Counted from the first letter of the stretch, positions 28,539-39,296 are shown. The stretch: 64,000 bases of DNA from Pelagibacteraceae bacterium AG-337-G04 (GCA_003282205.1 QBZW01000001.1:93205-157204); one strand, 5' to 3'. Translations and numbers: made by a program. Notes: generated by a model not told the origin, from the sequence alone.

Positions 28539-31165
28539 TATAAACCTTTAAGAGTTAATTCTATTTTTTTAACATCTTTTTCAAGATTAGCAAAGTTGCT
28601 TTTCTCCTGCTCTACTATATTTTGTGGCGCACGATCCACAAAGGATTTATTTGATAATCTAATATCAATTTTTTTCATCTCTTCACTAATCTTTGTAATT
28701 TTCTTTTCTAGTGTTGATTTGATCATATTTAAATCAACATCTTCATCAAAATATAATTTAAATAACTCACCATTTATGACTATACTTGCAGCTCGTTTGT
28801 CTAAATCTTTTTCATGGAAATTTTTAATTCTTCCATTTTTTTTCATTATATTTTCATTAGAAGATAAAAAGTTTTTAAATTCTTTGTTTGTATTTGCTGT
28901 TGAAATTTCAATAAATGATCCAGGACTTATATTTAATTCATTTTTAAAAGATCTAATTGATGTAATAAAATTGATGATATTATTTATCTCATCAAACGAT
29001 TTTTTTTCATGATAATCATCGTCTAGCCAATTGGCATGCATCAAGTAATCTTTTCCATCTTTATCTAGCTTATTATTTAACCATATCTCTTCAGTAACAA
29101 ATGGAATAAATGGATGAAGTATTATTAAAATTTCCCTAAAAACATATGATGATGTGTGCCTTAATTCTTTTATCTCATCATCATTATCAGAGTTTAAAAC
29201 GGTTTTAGCTAACTCTAAATACCAATCACAAAATGAATGCCATACAAATTGATAAATATTCTTTGCTGCTTCATCAAATCTATAGTTTTTTAAACTATTT
29301 TCCGTGTCGTTTTTGACTTTTACAAGTTCAGATAATATCCACTTATTTATTGTTAATTTGAGAATTTCAGGTTTTTTAATGTCACTAAAATCACACTCAT
29401 TTTGTCTTAAAAAATTGTTAGCATTCCAAATTTTATTTAAAAAATTTCTATAACCTTTAACCCTATCTTCTGACAATTTTACATCACGACCAGGTGATGC
29501 CATTGATAAAAGAGTAAATCTTAATGCATCAGCACTATACTTTTCTATAAGTTCTAAAGGATCAATTACATTTCCCTTTGATTTAGACATTTTTTGACCC
29601 TTTTCATCTCTAACTAAAGCATGAACATATATATTTTTAAAAGGTTCCTTATCTAAAAACTGGGTTCCCATCATAATCATTCTAGCAACCCAGAAAAAAA
29701 TAATATCAAAACCAGTAACAAGAACACTTGTTGGATAAAATTTTTCAACTTCTTGAGTTTTTTCTGGCCAACCTAAAGTCGCAAATGGCCAAAGTCCTGA
29801 GGAAAACCAGGTATCCAAAACATCTTCATCTCTTTTTAATTCCACATCATTTGAATAGAATTCTTTTGCCTGTTTTTTACATTCATCTTCATTTTCAGCT
29901 ACAAATATTTTTCCATCAGGTCCATACCAAGCTGGAATTTGATGTCCCCACCATAATTGACGAGAAATACACCATGGTTCAATATTATTCATCCATTGAA
30001 AATATGTTTTTGACCAGTTCTCAGGAAAGAATTTAGTTTTACCATTATTTACTACCTCTTTTGCTTTTACAGCCAAGGTTTTTGCATCAACAAACCATTG
30101 TTCTGTTAAATAAGGTTCAATAATAGAATTAGATCTATCCCCATAAGGAACTTTGTTTACTAACTTTTCTATTTTTTCTAAAAATTTACCTTGCTCTAGA
30201 TGTTCTAAAATTAATTTTCTTGCTGCAAATCTATCTAACCCTTTGTATGGGTCAGGTGCATTGTCATTTATTTTTCCATCAGGCGTAAATATATTAATTA
30301 CTTCTAACTTGTTTCTTATACCTACATCATAATCATTAAAATCATGAGCTGGAGTAATTTTTACTGCTCCTGTTCCTTGTTCAGGATCAGCATAGTCATC
30401 TGTTATTACTTTGATTTTTCTATTGGCTAAAGGTATTGTAACCAACTTTCCAACAATATCTTTAAATCGATCGTCTTTTGGATTAACTGCTATAGCAGTA
30501 TCTCCCAACATAGTTTCAGGTCTTGTTGTGGCTATTGTTATAAATTTATCCGATCTTTCTACAGGATAATTTATATAATAAAGTTGAGAATTTACTTCAC
30601 GTTGATCAACTTCTAAATCAGATATTGCAGTTTTTAAAACAACATCCCAATTTACAAGTTTTTTTGCTTTATAGATTAATTTTTTATTATAAAGATCAAC
30701 AAATACTTTTATTACTGACTTGGACAAATTCTCATCCATTGTAAATGCATTACGGGACCAATCACAAGAACATCCAAGTTTTTTAAGTTGATTTATTATT
30801 ATATCACCATACTCATTTTTCCATTCCCATACTTTTTCAATAAATTTTTCCCTTCCTAAATCATTTTTTTTAAAACCATCTTTTACAAGTTTTTTTTCAA
30901 CTAATGCTTGGGTTGCAATACCTGCATGATCTGTTCCTGGTTGCCATAAAGTTTCATAATTATTCATTCTATGAAATCTTGTTAAAACATCTTGAATTGA
31001 GTTATTTAAAGCATGTCCCATGTGTAGGCTTCCAGTTACGTTTGGCGGAGGGATTACAATTGAGAATTTTTTTGAATTTTCTTTTGGTTTAAATAATTTA
31101 TTTTTTTCCCAATAATCGTAGATATTTTTTTCTACATTTTTATGCTCGTATTTATCAAAACTCAT
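28538..31165 (-). CDS. valS: Valyl-tRNA synthetase
   Basis: [36 protein letters not shown] and KMSKS motifs; C-terminal coiled coil. Confidence 0.99.
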   Translation of the reverse strand: MSFDKYEHKNVEKNIYDYWEKNKLFKPKENSKKFSIVIPPPNVTGSLHMGHALNNSIQDVLTRFHRMNNYETLWQPGTDHAGIATQALVEKKLVKDGFKKNDLGREKFIEKVWEWKNEYGDIIINQLKKLGCSCDWSRNAFTMDENLSKSVIKVFVDLYNKKLIYKAKKLVNWDVVLKTAISDLEVDQREVNSQLYYINYPVERSDKFITIATTRPETMLGDTAIAVNPKDDRFKDIVGKLVTIPLANRKIKVITDDYADPEQGTGAVKITPAHDFNDYDVGIRNKLEVINIFTPDGKINDNAPDPYKGLDRFAARKLILEHLEQGKFLEKIEKLVNKVPYGDRSNSIIEPYLTEQWFVDAKTLAVKAKEVVNNGKTKFFPENWSKTYFQWMNNIEPWCISRQLWWGHQIPAWYGPDGKIFVAENEDECKKQAKEFYSNDVELKRDEDVLDTWFSSGLWPFATLGWPEKTQEVEKFYPTSVLVTGFDIIFFWVARMIMMGTQFLDKEPFKNIYVHALVRDEKGQKMSKSKGNVIDPLELIEKYSADALRFTLLSMASPGRDVKLSEDRVKGYRNFLNKIWNANNFLRQNECDFSDIKKPEILKLTINKWILSELVKVKNDTENSLKNYRFDEAAKNIYQFVWHSFCDWYLELAKTVLNSDNDDEIKELRHTSSYVFREILIILHPFIPFVTEEIWLNNKLDKDGKDYLMHANWLDDDYHEKKSFDEINNIINFITSIRSFKNELNISPGSFIEISTANTNKEFKNFLSSNENIMKKNGRIKNFHEKDLDKRAASIVINGELFKLYFDEDVDLNMIKSTLEKKITKISEEMKKIDIRLSNKSFVDRAPQNIVEQEKSNFANLEKDVKKIELTLKGL

Positions 31166-31285
31166 TGATTTGTTTTATAAATTAATCAAATTAATAAACA
31201 ATAATGAAAATCATTGCTAAATTTATAGATTAATGATCAAAATGAATTATACAAAGATCGATTAACAAATATTTTTGTAATTGAT

Positions 31286-31359
31286 GGCAACGTGGCGGAA
31301 TGGTTACGCAGAGGATTGCAAATCCTTGTATCCCGGTTCGATTCCGGGCGTTGCCTCCA
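31286..31359 (+). tRNA. tRNA-Cys (GCA), CCA encoded
   Basis: GGCAACG acceptor stem paired with CGTTGCC, anticodon arm GAGGA-TTGCAAA-TCCTT, TTCGA T-loop. Confidence 0.97.
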
Positions 31360-31408
31360 AAAAAAGTATTGAGATAAGTTTTAAAAAAAGTAAGTTGTGA
31401 GAAAATAT

Positions 31409-31484
31409 TCCTCGGTAGCTCAGTTGGTAGAGCAGTTGACTGTTAATCAATTGGTCGCAGGTTCGAGTCCTGCCCGAGGAGCCA
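31409..31484 (+). tRNA. tRNA-Asn (GTT), CCA encoded
   Basis: TCCTCGG/CCGAGGA acceptor stem, anticodon arm GTTGA-CTGTTAA-TCAAT, TTCGA T-loop. Confidence 0.97.
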
Positions 31485-31490
31485 AATCAA

Positions 31491-31862
31491 TTAGACAACT
31501 TTAGAAGTATTTATTTGCGCTATTTGTAAATTTTTTCCAAATTTAATTTTTTGATCCTGAGTTAATTCTGAATAAACTTTGACTAAAAAATTATAGTTTA
31601 CATTCATGTGTCCCTCTTTTGATTTATCAAGATTCACTAAATATTCTGAAAAATCTTCAAAAAAATAGTTTATTGGAACTTTTAAATAATTTGAAAGTTG
31701 TAACAATCTTATTGAACTTACACCGTTAGTTCCTTTTTCATACTTTTGGATTTGTTGAAATGTAACGTTTATAGCTTTAGCTACCTTCGTTTGAGTTAAA
31801 CCTAGCGCAAGTCTTCTTAACTTGAGTTTATTCCCTAGATGTTTGTTAAAATTATCTTCCAT
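31491..31862 (-). CDS. XRE-family helix-turn-helix transcriptional regulator
   Basis: LGNKLKLRRLALGLTQTKVA..VTFQQIQKYEKG HTH of a conserved alphaproteobacterial family; GAGG Shine-Dalgarno upstream. Confidence 0.9.
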   Translation of the reverse strand: MEDNFNKHLGNKLKLRRLALGLTQTKVAKAINVTFQQIQKYEKGTNGVSSIRLLQLSNYLKVPINYFFEDFSEYLVNLDKSKEGHMNVNYNFLVKVYSELTQDQKIKFGKNLQIAQINTSKVV

Positions 31863-32007
31863 TTAAGACCCCTCTTTGAATAAAATATAAGCTTGAGTTA
31901 ATATAAATAGAAAACTTAATGCAAGTAAAATAATTTTTAAAAAAATTGTTTTTTTTAACTTATTCATAACCTGTCAAGTAACTTTTTATGAAGTCTTTAG
32001 AATTATT

Positions 32008-32742
32008 TTAAAGAATTTGGCTTAAAAAAAGCTTAGTTCTGTCACTCTTTGGGTTGGCAAAGAATTCTTTAGTTTCTGCCTTCTCAATTATCATGCCTTC
32101 ATCCATAAAAATGACTTCATCAGCAACTTCTTTAGCAAAACCCATTTCATGTGTCACAACAATCATCGTCATACCACCTTTTGCAAGGCTAACCATTGCA
32201 TCAAGCACTTCTTTGATCATTTCTGGGTCTAACGCAGAAGTTGGCTCATCAAACAACATAATTTTTGGCTGCATACATAATGCTCTAGCAATTGCACAAC
32301 GTTGTTGTTGTCCTCCTGAAAGTTGTCCAGGAAATTTGTTTGCTTGATCATCTATCTGAACTTTTTTAAGTTGGTCTAATGCTAGTTCTTGAGCTTCTTT
32401 TTTTGGCATTTTTTTTACCCAAATAGGTGCGAGAGTACAATTATCTAATATTGAGAGATGTGGAAATAAATTAAATTGTTGAAAAACCATTCCAACTTCA
32501 GCTCTAATTTTTTCAATATCTTTTGTTTTTTCTGATAGCTCGTTTCCATCAACGATTATATCACCCTCTTGGTGTTCTTCTAATCTATTGATACATCTAA
32601 TTAGTGTTGATTTGCCTGAACCTGATGGGCCACATACTACAATTTTCTTATTCGCTTCGACTTCTAAATTAATATTTTTTAAAACTTGGAAATCACCAAA
32701 CCATTTATTCATATTTTGAATTTTTATGATTGGATCAGACAT
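32008..32742 (-). CDS. aapP: General L-amino acid ABC transporter ATPase (AapP/BztD/YhdZ)
   Basis: [27 protein letters not shown] and [11 protein letters not shown] motifs. Confidence 0.93.
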   Translation of the reverse strand: MSDPIIKIQNMNKWFGDFQVLKNINLEVEANKKIVVCGPSGSGKSTLIRCINRLEEHQEGDIIVDGNELSEKTKDIEKIRAEVGMVFQQFNLFPHLSILDNCTLAPIWVKKMPKKEAQELALDQLKKVQIDDQANKFPGQLSGGQQQRCAIARALCMQPKIMLFDEPTSALDPEMIKEVLDAMVSLAKGGMTMIVVTHEMGFAKEVADEVIFMDEGMIIEKAETKEFFANPKSDRTKLFLSQIL

Positions 32743-32745
32743 TTT

Positions 32746-34017
32746 TTATCTTTCAGTTTTATATTTTGCCTCTAAATTATAACTATATTTACTCATTGCA
32801 TAGCATATAATCCAAAATATTATTGATGCAAAAATATATCCTTCCATGGCAAAGCCTAGCCATTTTGGATTTGTTTTTGCTAAGGCAAGCATGCCTGCTA
32901 ATTCAGCTAAACCAACTACAAATATTAAAGGTGTATCTTTTACTAATGCTAAAAATGTATTTGCTATTCCAGGTATTACTAATTTTAGTGCTTGTGGTAA
33001 GATTACAAAAATATGCATTTTCCAATAACCCATTCCTAAAGATTTTGCAGCATCATATTGACCTCTAGGTAACGATTGCAAACCTCCTCTAATTACTTCT
33101 GCACAATAAGCAGCTTCAAATAAAGTAATTGCAATTATAACTCTTACCAATTTATCCATGAAAAAATCTTCAGGTAAGAACATTGGAAACATTACAGATG
33201 ACATAAATAATACTGTAATTAACGGAACGCCTCTCCAAAATTCAATATAACAAATTGAGATATATTTTATTGCTGGTAGATTAGATCTTCTTCCTAATGC
33301 AAAAATCATACCCAAAGGAAAACAGAAAATTAGACAGAAAAACGATACTATAAATGTAAGTGACAATCCTCCCCACGCACCAGTTTCTACCCATTGAAGG
33401 CCAAAAGAGCCACCAGAAATTAAGTAGTAAATAACTAGATATGCAATTACTGGATAAATAATTACATAATATAATGCTAAATATTTTTTCAAATTTTCTT
33501 TCATAAAATATCCAACAAATCCAAGTGCTATGACTAATATAAATGCAGTGTTTATTCTCCAATGAAATTCATTTGGATACATTCCATACATAAATCTTCT
33601 GAACCAAACCTTAATATAGGTCCAACAAGCTCCCGTGCCTGTACACGCATCTTTTGAGTCGCCTGAAATAGTGGCATCGAATATCATCCAACTTAAAGAC
33701 TGAGGAAGAGCTTTTATAATTGAAAATAATATTAATAGAGTTAATAAAGCATTAAAATTATTTGTGTTTATATTTTTATTTAACGAGTCTAATGTTTTAT
33801 TTCCTGAATAATCAATTCTCATCATATTTAATCCGATTAATCCTGTGATTAATGGAAATAAAGTAGTTAAGGAGCCAGGTAGAAAAAATGTTAAATTTAT
33901 TTTAAAAAAAGCATTTGATATTACATCAATTAAACTTACTAAAACTAAAAAAGAACCAATAATAGAATAGTTTTTAATGTTATCTCTGCTAGGTTTTAAA
34001 AAATTTATTGTTTGCAT
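32746..34017 (-). CDS. aapM: General L-amino acid ABC permease (AapM/BztC/YhdY)
   Basis: WGGLSLT, EFWRGVPLITVLF, AEVIRGGLQ and ALVKDT motifs. Confidence 0.93.
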   Translation of the reverse strand: MQTINFLKPSRDNIKNYSIIGSFLVLVSLIDVISNAFFKINLTFFLPGSLTTLFPLITGLIGLNMMRIDYSGNKTLDSLNKNINTNNFNALLTLLILFSIIKALPQSLSWMIFDATISGDSKDACTGTGACWTYIKVWFRRFMYGMYPNEFHWRINTAFILVIALGFVGYFMKENLKKYLALYYVIIYPVIAYLVIYYLISGGSFGLQWVETGAWGGLSLTFIVSFFCLIFCFPLGMIFALGRRSNLPAIKYISICYIEFWRGVPLITVLFMSSVMFPMFLPEDFFMDKLVRVIIAITLFEAAYCAEVIRGGLQSLPRGQYDAAKSLGMGYWKMHIFVILPQALKLVIPGIANTFLALVKDTPLIFVVGLAELAGMLALAKTNPKWLGFAMEGYIFASIIFWIICYAMSKYSYNLEAKYKTER

Positions 34018-35168
34018 TACTTTTCTTTAATTTCAATTTTTTTGTTATACCAATTCATTACTGCTGCAATAGTTAGACTGATAGTTAAATATGTCAGCAT
34101 TGTTATTGAAACAATTTCAATTGCCTTACCTGTTTGCATCAAAGCTGTGCCTGCAAATACAAGTACTAAATCAGGATAAGCAATAGCAGCTGCTAAAGAA
34201 GAATTTTTAGTTAAATTTAAATATTGGTTTGTCGTAGGTGGTATAATAATTCTTAAAGCTTGAGGCATAATAACTAATTTTAAAACTTGATTAGGCGTCA
34301 AACCTACAGATGCTGCAGCCTCTTTTTGGCCTTTGCTAACCCCTTCAATACCAGCTCTCACACATTCTGCCACAAAAGTTGAGGTGTATAAAGAAAGTGC
34401 TAAAACTAATGCTATTAATTCAGGAGGTAAACTTATTCCACCTTCGTAAATATAAGAAATTTTTGATAATTTCTTAAGTTCTGGGAGCTCAAATCCCAAA
34501 GATACTCCACCAAATAAAAAAGATAAAAGAGGTAAAACTATTAATAAACCTATTGAATAAATGAAGACAGGAATTTGTTTACCCTGTGTGTCTCTTAAGT
34601 TATTTGCATAGTTCTTTAATACAATTATTGCAATTATTGCTGCAAGGCCACAATATAGAAACACATTCAAATTTTCCCATACCATAGCTGGGATATAATA
34701 ACCTTTTACAGTCATATAAGTTACACCAAACCATGCATTGGCTTTCTCAGGTAGAGGTAATGCTCTAAGAGCTGCGTAATACCAAAAGAAGATTTGTAAC
34801 AATAATGGAATATTTCTAAAAAACTCCACGTACCATGCAGCTGCGTTTTTTATAAGGTAGTTTGATGATAATCTTGCTACACCAATTATAACACCCAATA
34901 TTGTACAAATTATTATACTTATAAAAGAAACTAGTAAAGTGTTTAAAAGTCCAACTAGAAAAGCACGGGCATAAGAGTCGGACCCACTATATTCGATTAA
35001 AGAAAACTGAACATCAAATGAAGATTCTTGCGATAAAAATCCAAAACCAAAATCTATACCTCTATTATCCATATTAGTCTGGGCATTCATTGTTAAAAAT
35101 CCGAAAATAAGAATAACAAATAGTATTGCTAAAATCTGAGGTATAAATTTTTTAAGAATATTGTTCAT
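34017..35168 (-). CDS. aapQ: General L-amino acid ABC permease (AapQ/BztB/YhdX)
   Basis: VGLLNTLLVS, YVEFFRNIPLLLQ and NQYLNLTKNSSLA motifs. Confidence 0.93.
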   Translation of the reverse strand: MNNILKKFIPQILAILFVILIFGFLTMNAQTNMDNRGIDFGFGFLSQESSFDVQFSLIEYSGSDSYARAFLVGLLNTLLVSFISIIICTILGVIIGVARLSSNYLIKNAAAWYVEFFRNIPLLLQIFFWYYAALRALPLPEKANAWFGVTYMTVKGYYIPAMVWENLNVFLYCGLAAIIAIIVLKNYANNLRDTQGKQIPVFIYSIGLLIVLPLLSFLFGGVSLGFELPELKKLSKISYIYEGGISLPPELIALVLALSLYTSTFVAECVRAGIEGVSKGQKEAAASVGLTPNQVLKLVIMPQALRIIIPPTTNQYLNLTKNSSLAAAIAYPDLVLVFAGTALMQTGKAIEIVSITMLTYLTISLTIAAVMNWYNKKIEIKEK

Positions 35169-35181
35169 CAGAATCTATAAT

Positions 35182-35214
35182 AAAAAAAAGGGCTAGATAT
35201 TTCTAGCCCTTTTT
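35182..35214 (-). terminator. Strong intrinsic terminator-like hairpin between aapJ and aapQ
   Basis: Minus strand AAAAAGGGCTAGA-AATA-TCTAGCCCTTTTTTTT: perfect stem followed by a T8 tract. Confidence 0.88.
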
Positions 35215-35232
35215 AAGTTTTTTGAAAAATAA

Positions 35233-36273
35233 TTATCTTGCAGGTGGTACGTATAATATTCCACCTTTAGTCCATAATTCATTTGGACCTCTGTCAGGTA
35301 GTATTCCAGTGTCTGCTATATTTCTTTTGTAGCTTTCACCATAGTTACCAACTTGTTTGATAATTCTCAAGTTCCAGTCGTTATCCAAACCAAAAGCTGC
35401 ACCTAATTCACCTTCAGCACCAACTAATCTTTTGATTGCTGGATTATTTGAAGTTTTCATCATGTCAGCATTTGATGAATTAACACCATACTCTTCTGCT
35501 TCAATCATAGTATTTAATGACCATCTTACTATATCTTCCCAAACAGAATCACCTTGACGTACAACTGGTCCTAGTGGCTCTTTTGAAATAGTTTCGGGTA
35601 ATACTACATGATCATTTGGTGCAGATAATTTAGTTCTTTGCGCTGCTAGACCAGATTTATCTGTTGTGTATGTATCACATCTGCCTGCATCATAAGCGGC
35701 TACAACTTCGTCAGCTTTTTCAAAAACTACTGGCTCGTATGAAATCCCTCTAGAATCAAAAAAGTCTCTCATGTTAAGCTCTGTTGTAGTTCCTAAGTTT
35801 GTGCAAACTGAAGTTCCATTTTTAAATTCACTAGTAGATGCTATTCCTGAACCTTTTCTTACCATGAAGCCTTGTCCATCATAAAAATTAACACCAACAA
35901 ATGTTAAACCGATGTCAGCATCTCTTGATAGTGTCCAAGTTGTGTTTCTTGATAAAATGTCAATTTCACCTGAAGTAAGTGCAGTAAATCTTTCCTTTGC
36001 ACTTAAAGGAGTAAACTTAACTTTAGTTGCATCTCCCAACGTAGCAGCTGCAACAGCTCTACATACATCAACATCTATTCCTGTCCAATTTCCAGACTCA
36101 TCGGCGTTTGAAAATCCAGGTAGACCCTGAGAAACACCACATCTTACAAATCCTCTTTTTTTTGTGTTCTCCAGAGTTTTTGATTTCTTAGCAGCCATTG
36201 TTTCTGTTGAAAATGCAAACAGCACAGCGAACATAGCTACTAAAGAAGTCAATTGTTTTATTATTTTAAACAT
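35233..36273 (-). CDS. aapJ: General L-amino acid ABC substrate-binding protein (AapJ/BztA/YhdW)
   Basis: CGVSQGLPGFS, GIDVDVCRAVAAA, LSRNTTWT, FYDGQGF, ISKEPLGP and NYGESY motifs; GAGG Shine-Dalgarno upstream. Confidence 0.95.
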   Translation of the reverse strand: MFKIIKQLTSLVAMFAVLFAFSTETMAAKKSKTLENTKKRGFVRCGVSQGLPGFSNADESGNWTGIDVDVCRAVAAATLGDATKVKFTPLSAKERFTALTSGEIDILSRNTTWTLSRDADIGLTFVGVNFYDGQGFMVRKGSGIASTSEFKNGTSVCTNLGTTTELNMRDFFDSRGISYEPVVFEKADEVVAAYDAGRCDTYTTDKSGLAAQRTKLSAPNDHVVLPETISKEPLGPVVRQGDSVWEDIVRWSLNTMIEAEEYGVNSSNADMMKTSNNPAIKRLVGAEGELGAAFGLDNDWNLRIIKQVGNYGESYKRNIADTGILPDRGPNELWTKGGILYVPPAR

Positions 36274-36403
36274 TATTTTCCTCTTTTTATTATTTATTTG
36301 TTAACAAATTATTCAAAAAGTTATTTTTGAATACTGAAGTAAAGCAGAAAGTAATACAACCATCAATGGTAAAATTACCTCATCAATGTTGATCAATTAA
36401 GGA

Positions 36404-36480
36404 TGGCGCGCCCTGGAGGATTCGAACCTCCGACCCTCGGTTTAGAAAACCGATGCTCTATCCAGCTGAGCTAAGGGCGC
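36404..36480 (-). tRNA. tRNA-Arg (TCT), CCA encoded
   Basis: Reverse complement GCGCCCT...TCGGT-TTTCTAA-ACCGA...GGAGG-TTCGAAT-CCTCC-AGGGCGC-G-CCA. Confidence 0.97.
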
Positions 36481-36505
36481 AAAATATTAATCTTATAATA
36501 CTTAA

Positions 36506-37915
36506 TTAATTTTTGAAAAGATATTTTTTAAATAATATAAGTATTGTTAGTAGCTCTACTCTACCTATTATCATGAAAATTATTATGTATATTTTAGTCA
36601 AAATAGAAACACCATTAAAATCAAAGTTTGCAAGTCCATACATACTAGAGTTAACAGTATTCATAATTGTCAAAATTGAGAGTTTAAAAGAATTTTCAAA
36701 TTGGATATCTGAAAGTGTTAAAAGTAGTGTTAATAAAGAAAGAGAAATAATGAAAATAATTATCGAAAAAAAATATTTATTAATATCTGATTTATCTGTA
36801 TTTTCATTTATTAATGTGATTTTATTAGAATAGATTTGATTTGGCTTTGCATGAGATAAAAGATTGTTTAAAGAAAATTTTAACAAGCTTAGGATTTTCA
36901 TCACTCTTATACCTGAGCTAGTTGAAAAAAAAGAACCTCCAATTACAACCATAATAAAAAAAACAAATACTAAATTATTAGGCGTATCATTAAAAGAGAT
37001 GCCAATATTGGAAATACTGCTTGAAATAGCAACTAAAATTAAAGGAAAATTGTTACTTTCATTTAAAAAGACAAAAAAAACAGATATAATAAACAACAAA
37101 TAAATGAGTAAATTAATGTCCTCACTTAAAAAATTTAGTTTTTTTTTATTAAAAAAAATAAGGTTATAAATTAAAAATAAACTAAAAAAAGATAATATCA
37201 TTGTAAATGATAAAACAATTTTACTAACATCTTTTTCAAATAAATAATCAATTCTATTAACAGGCAAAAAACCACCAGAAGATATTGTTGATAATGATAA
37301 ATTAAAAGCATCAAAGGTTCTTAAATTTATTCCCTTAAATAAAATAAATATAATTAAGGTTAATAATGAATAAATTATTATAATTTTAAGTGATTGTTTA
37401 AATATCTCATTATAATTGAAAGATAAATATTCGGTAAATGATTGCTTAAGATTTTTATCAAATATATCAATTAATAATAAAATAGAAAAAAGAAAATAAA
37501 TTCCTCCAATCCATTGAGAAGTTGATCTCCATAAAATTAGGCTTTCATCTAATTGTTTTATATTTTCAAAAATTGTAAAACCAGTAGATGTAAAACCTGA
37601 TATTGCTTCAAAATATGCATTCAATAAAGATATATTTTGTATGCCAAAGTAATAAGGTATTGATATAATTAAGGGAAATAAAAAATAACCAATTAAAACA
37701 ATAAATATCTTTTCGTATAGAGTAATTTTTTTTATATTTTTCTTATTAAAAAATATTAGAAATAAACCTAATAATAGACTTATTAATAAAGTATAAATGT
37801 AATTTTCAATATTAAAAAAAATATCAAAATAATTCGAATATATAATATTAAAAAAAGATAAAATACTTATTAAAAATAAAAAACAACCTATATAGATAGA
37901 ACTAAATTTTGTCAT
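36506..37915 (-). CDS. trkH: Trk potassium uptake membrane subunit (divergent)
   Basis: FEAISGFTSTGF, WIGG, TISSGGF and MIIGRVE motifs; downstream of trkA. Confidence 0.88.
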   Translation of the reverse strand: MTKFSSIYIGCFLFLISILSFFNIIYSNYFDIFFNIENYIYTLLISLLLGLFLIFFNKKNIKKITLYEKIFIVLIGYFLFPLIISIPYYFGIQNISLLNAYFEAISGFTSTGFTIFENIKQLDESLILWRSTSQWIGGIYFLFSILLLIDIFDKNLKQSFTEYLSFNYNEIFKQSLKIIIIYSLLTLIIFILFKGINLRTFDAFNLSLSTISSGGFLPVNRIDYLFEKDVSKIVLSFTMILSFFSLFLIYNLIFFNKKKLNFLSEDINLLIYLLFIISVFFVFLNESNNFPLILVAISSSISNIGISFNDTPNNLVFVFFIMVVIGGSFFSTSSGIRVMKILSLLKFSLNNLLSHAKPNQIYSNKITLINENTDKSDINKYFFSIIIFIISLSLLTLLLTLSDIQFENSFKLSILTIMNTVNSSMYGLANFDFNGVSILTKIYIIIFMIIGRVELLTILILFKKYLFKN

Positions 37916-37922
37916 ACTAAAA

Positions 37923-39296
37923 TTAGATTGAACTAATTCTAAACATGTTTTCTACAACTGGTAATTGATCTCTTTTAGATAAAAGAACAACAGTGTCGTC
38001 CTTCTGAAAAATATAACTTGAGCTTGGTATAATAACATCCCCATCTCTTAATATTGCACCAATTCTTATCTCATCAGGTAAATTTGAGTCCTTAAGTTGT
38101 TTGTTTATCAATTCAGAAGTTTCAATAATATCAGCTTCGATAACCTCATATTCACCATTTAAAATTGTGTATGCATTTTCTATAGTTCCTTTGTGTACAT
38201 GTTTTAAAATACTAGATACCGTATTCATTCTAGGATCAATTAAATCATCAATTTTTAAAGAAGATTGCAATAATGAATAGTTAGGTTTGTTTATCAATGC
38301 CATAGTTCTTTTGTCTTTTGAAAATTTTTCAACAATTACACTTACCATTAAATTGTCCTCATCATCATTAGTTAAAGCTAAAACAGTTTCAACCTCGTCG
38401 ATATTAGCCTCGTTTAAAACCTCCTCATCTAATCCATTGCCATTAATTACAATAGTATCATTAAGCTCATTTGCAATATATTCTGCTCTAGACTTATCTT
38501 TTTCTATGATTTTAACTCTGGCGGAATCAAAAGATTGCTCAATATTTTTCGCAAGATTAAAACCAATATTGCCACCTCCTATAATTAACATTTTATTTGA
38601 AATTTTTTCATTGTGGCCAAACACAGTTAAAGTTTCTTGCATTTGACTACTGTTAACAACGACGTAAGCTTTATCATTAAGTTGTAGCCTGTCTGTTTTT
38701 TTCATAACAACAAATTTACTATTTCTAATAACACCAAGAATATATGCATTCAATTTAGGAAATTTTTTTGTAAGTTCATTTAAATTAATTCCATGTATAG
38801 AACATTTTTCATTAATTAAAATTTCTAATAATCTAATTTTGTTTTCTGCAAAAGGTACGTTATCTAATGTTCCTGGTGCCTCTAATTTTCGCTGTATAGA
38901 TTTTGCAATTTCAATCTCTGGGGAAATAATATTATCAATTGGTAAATTTTCTCTATTAAACAATCCTGAATATTTTGGATCTAAATATTCTTGAAATCTA
39001 ATTCTGGCAATTTTTTTTGGAACTTTATATAAGGAGTAAGCTATTTGGCATATCAACATATTAATTTCATCATTTCTGGTTACAGCGATGATCATGTCCG
39101 CATCCTTTGTATTTGCTTTTTCTAATATTGCTGGTGATGTTGCTTTGCCAACAATTGCTTTGACATCTAAAGTTTCGTTAATTTTTTGAATATCTTCACT
39201 TGATTGATCAATCATAGTAATTGAGTGATTTTGTTCAATTAACATTTTTGCAATTGTTGACCCTACCCTTCCAGCTCCACAAATGATTATGTTCAT
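37923..39296 (-). CDS. trkA: Trk potassium uptake RCK subunit
   Basis: IIICGAGRVG and IIGGGNIG Rossmann motifs, tandem RCK domains. Confidence 0.96.
   Translation of the reverse strand: MNIIICGAGRVGSTIAKMLIEQNHSITMIDQSSEDIQKINETLDVKAIVGKATSPAILEKANTKDADMIIAVTRNDEINMLICQIAYSLYKVPKKIARIRFQEYLDPKYSGLFNRENLPIDNIISPEIEIAKSIQRKLEAPGTLDNVPFAENKIRLLEILINEKCSIHGINLNELTKKFPKLNAYILGVIRNSKFVVMKKTDRLQLNDKAYVVVNSSQMQETLTVFGHNEKISNKMLIIGGGNIGFNLAKNIEQSFDSARVKIIEKDKSRAEYIANELNDTIVINGNGLDEEVLNEANIDEVETVLALTNDDEDNLMVSVIVEKFSKDKRTMALINKPNYSLLQSSLKIDDLIDPRMNTVSSILKHVHKGTIENAYTILNGEYEVIEADIIETSELINKQLKDSNLPDEIRIGAILRDGDVIIPSSSYIFQKDDTVVLLSKRDQLPVVENMFRISSI

Noticed and set aside
31960-31980. TTAT-N7-TTAA (minus strand) upstream of the XRE gene as a CtrA box
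   Set aside because: It mismatches the TTAA-N7-TTAAC consensus, and such strings are frequent by chance at this AT content.
31286-36480. tRNA-Cys, tRNA-Asn and tRNA-Arg as possible integration sites
   Set aside because: No duplicated tRNA 3' end, integrase or phage gene was noticed in the window.
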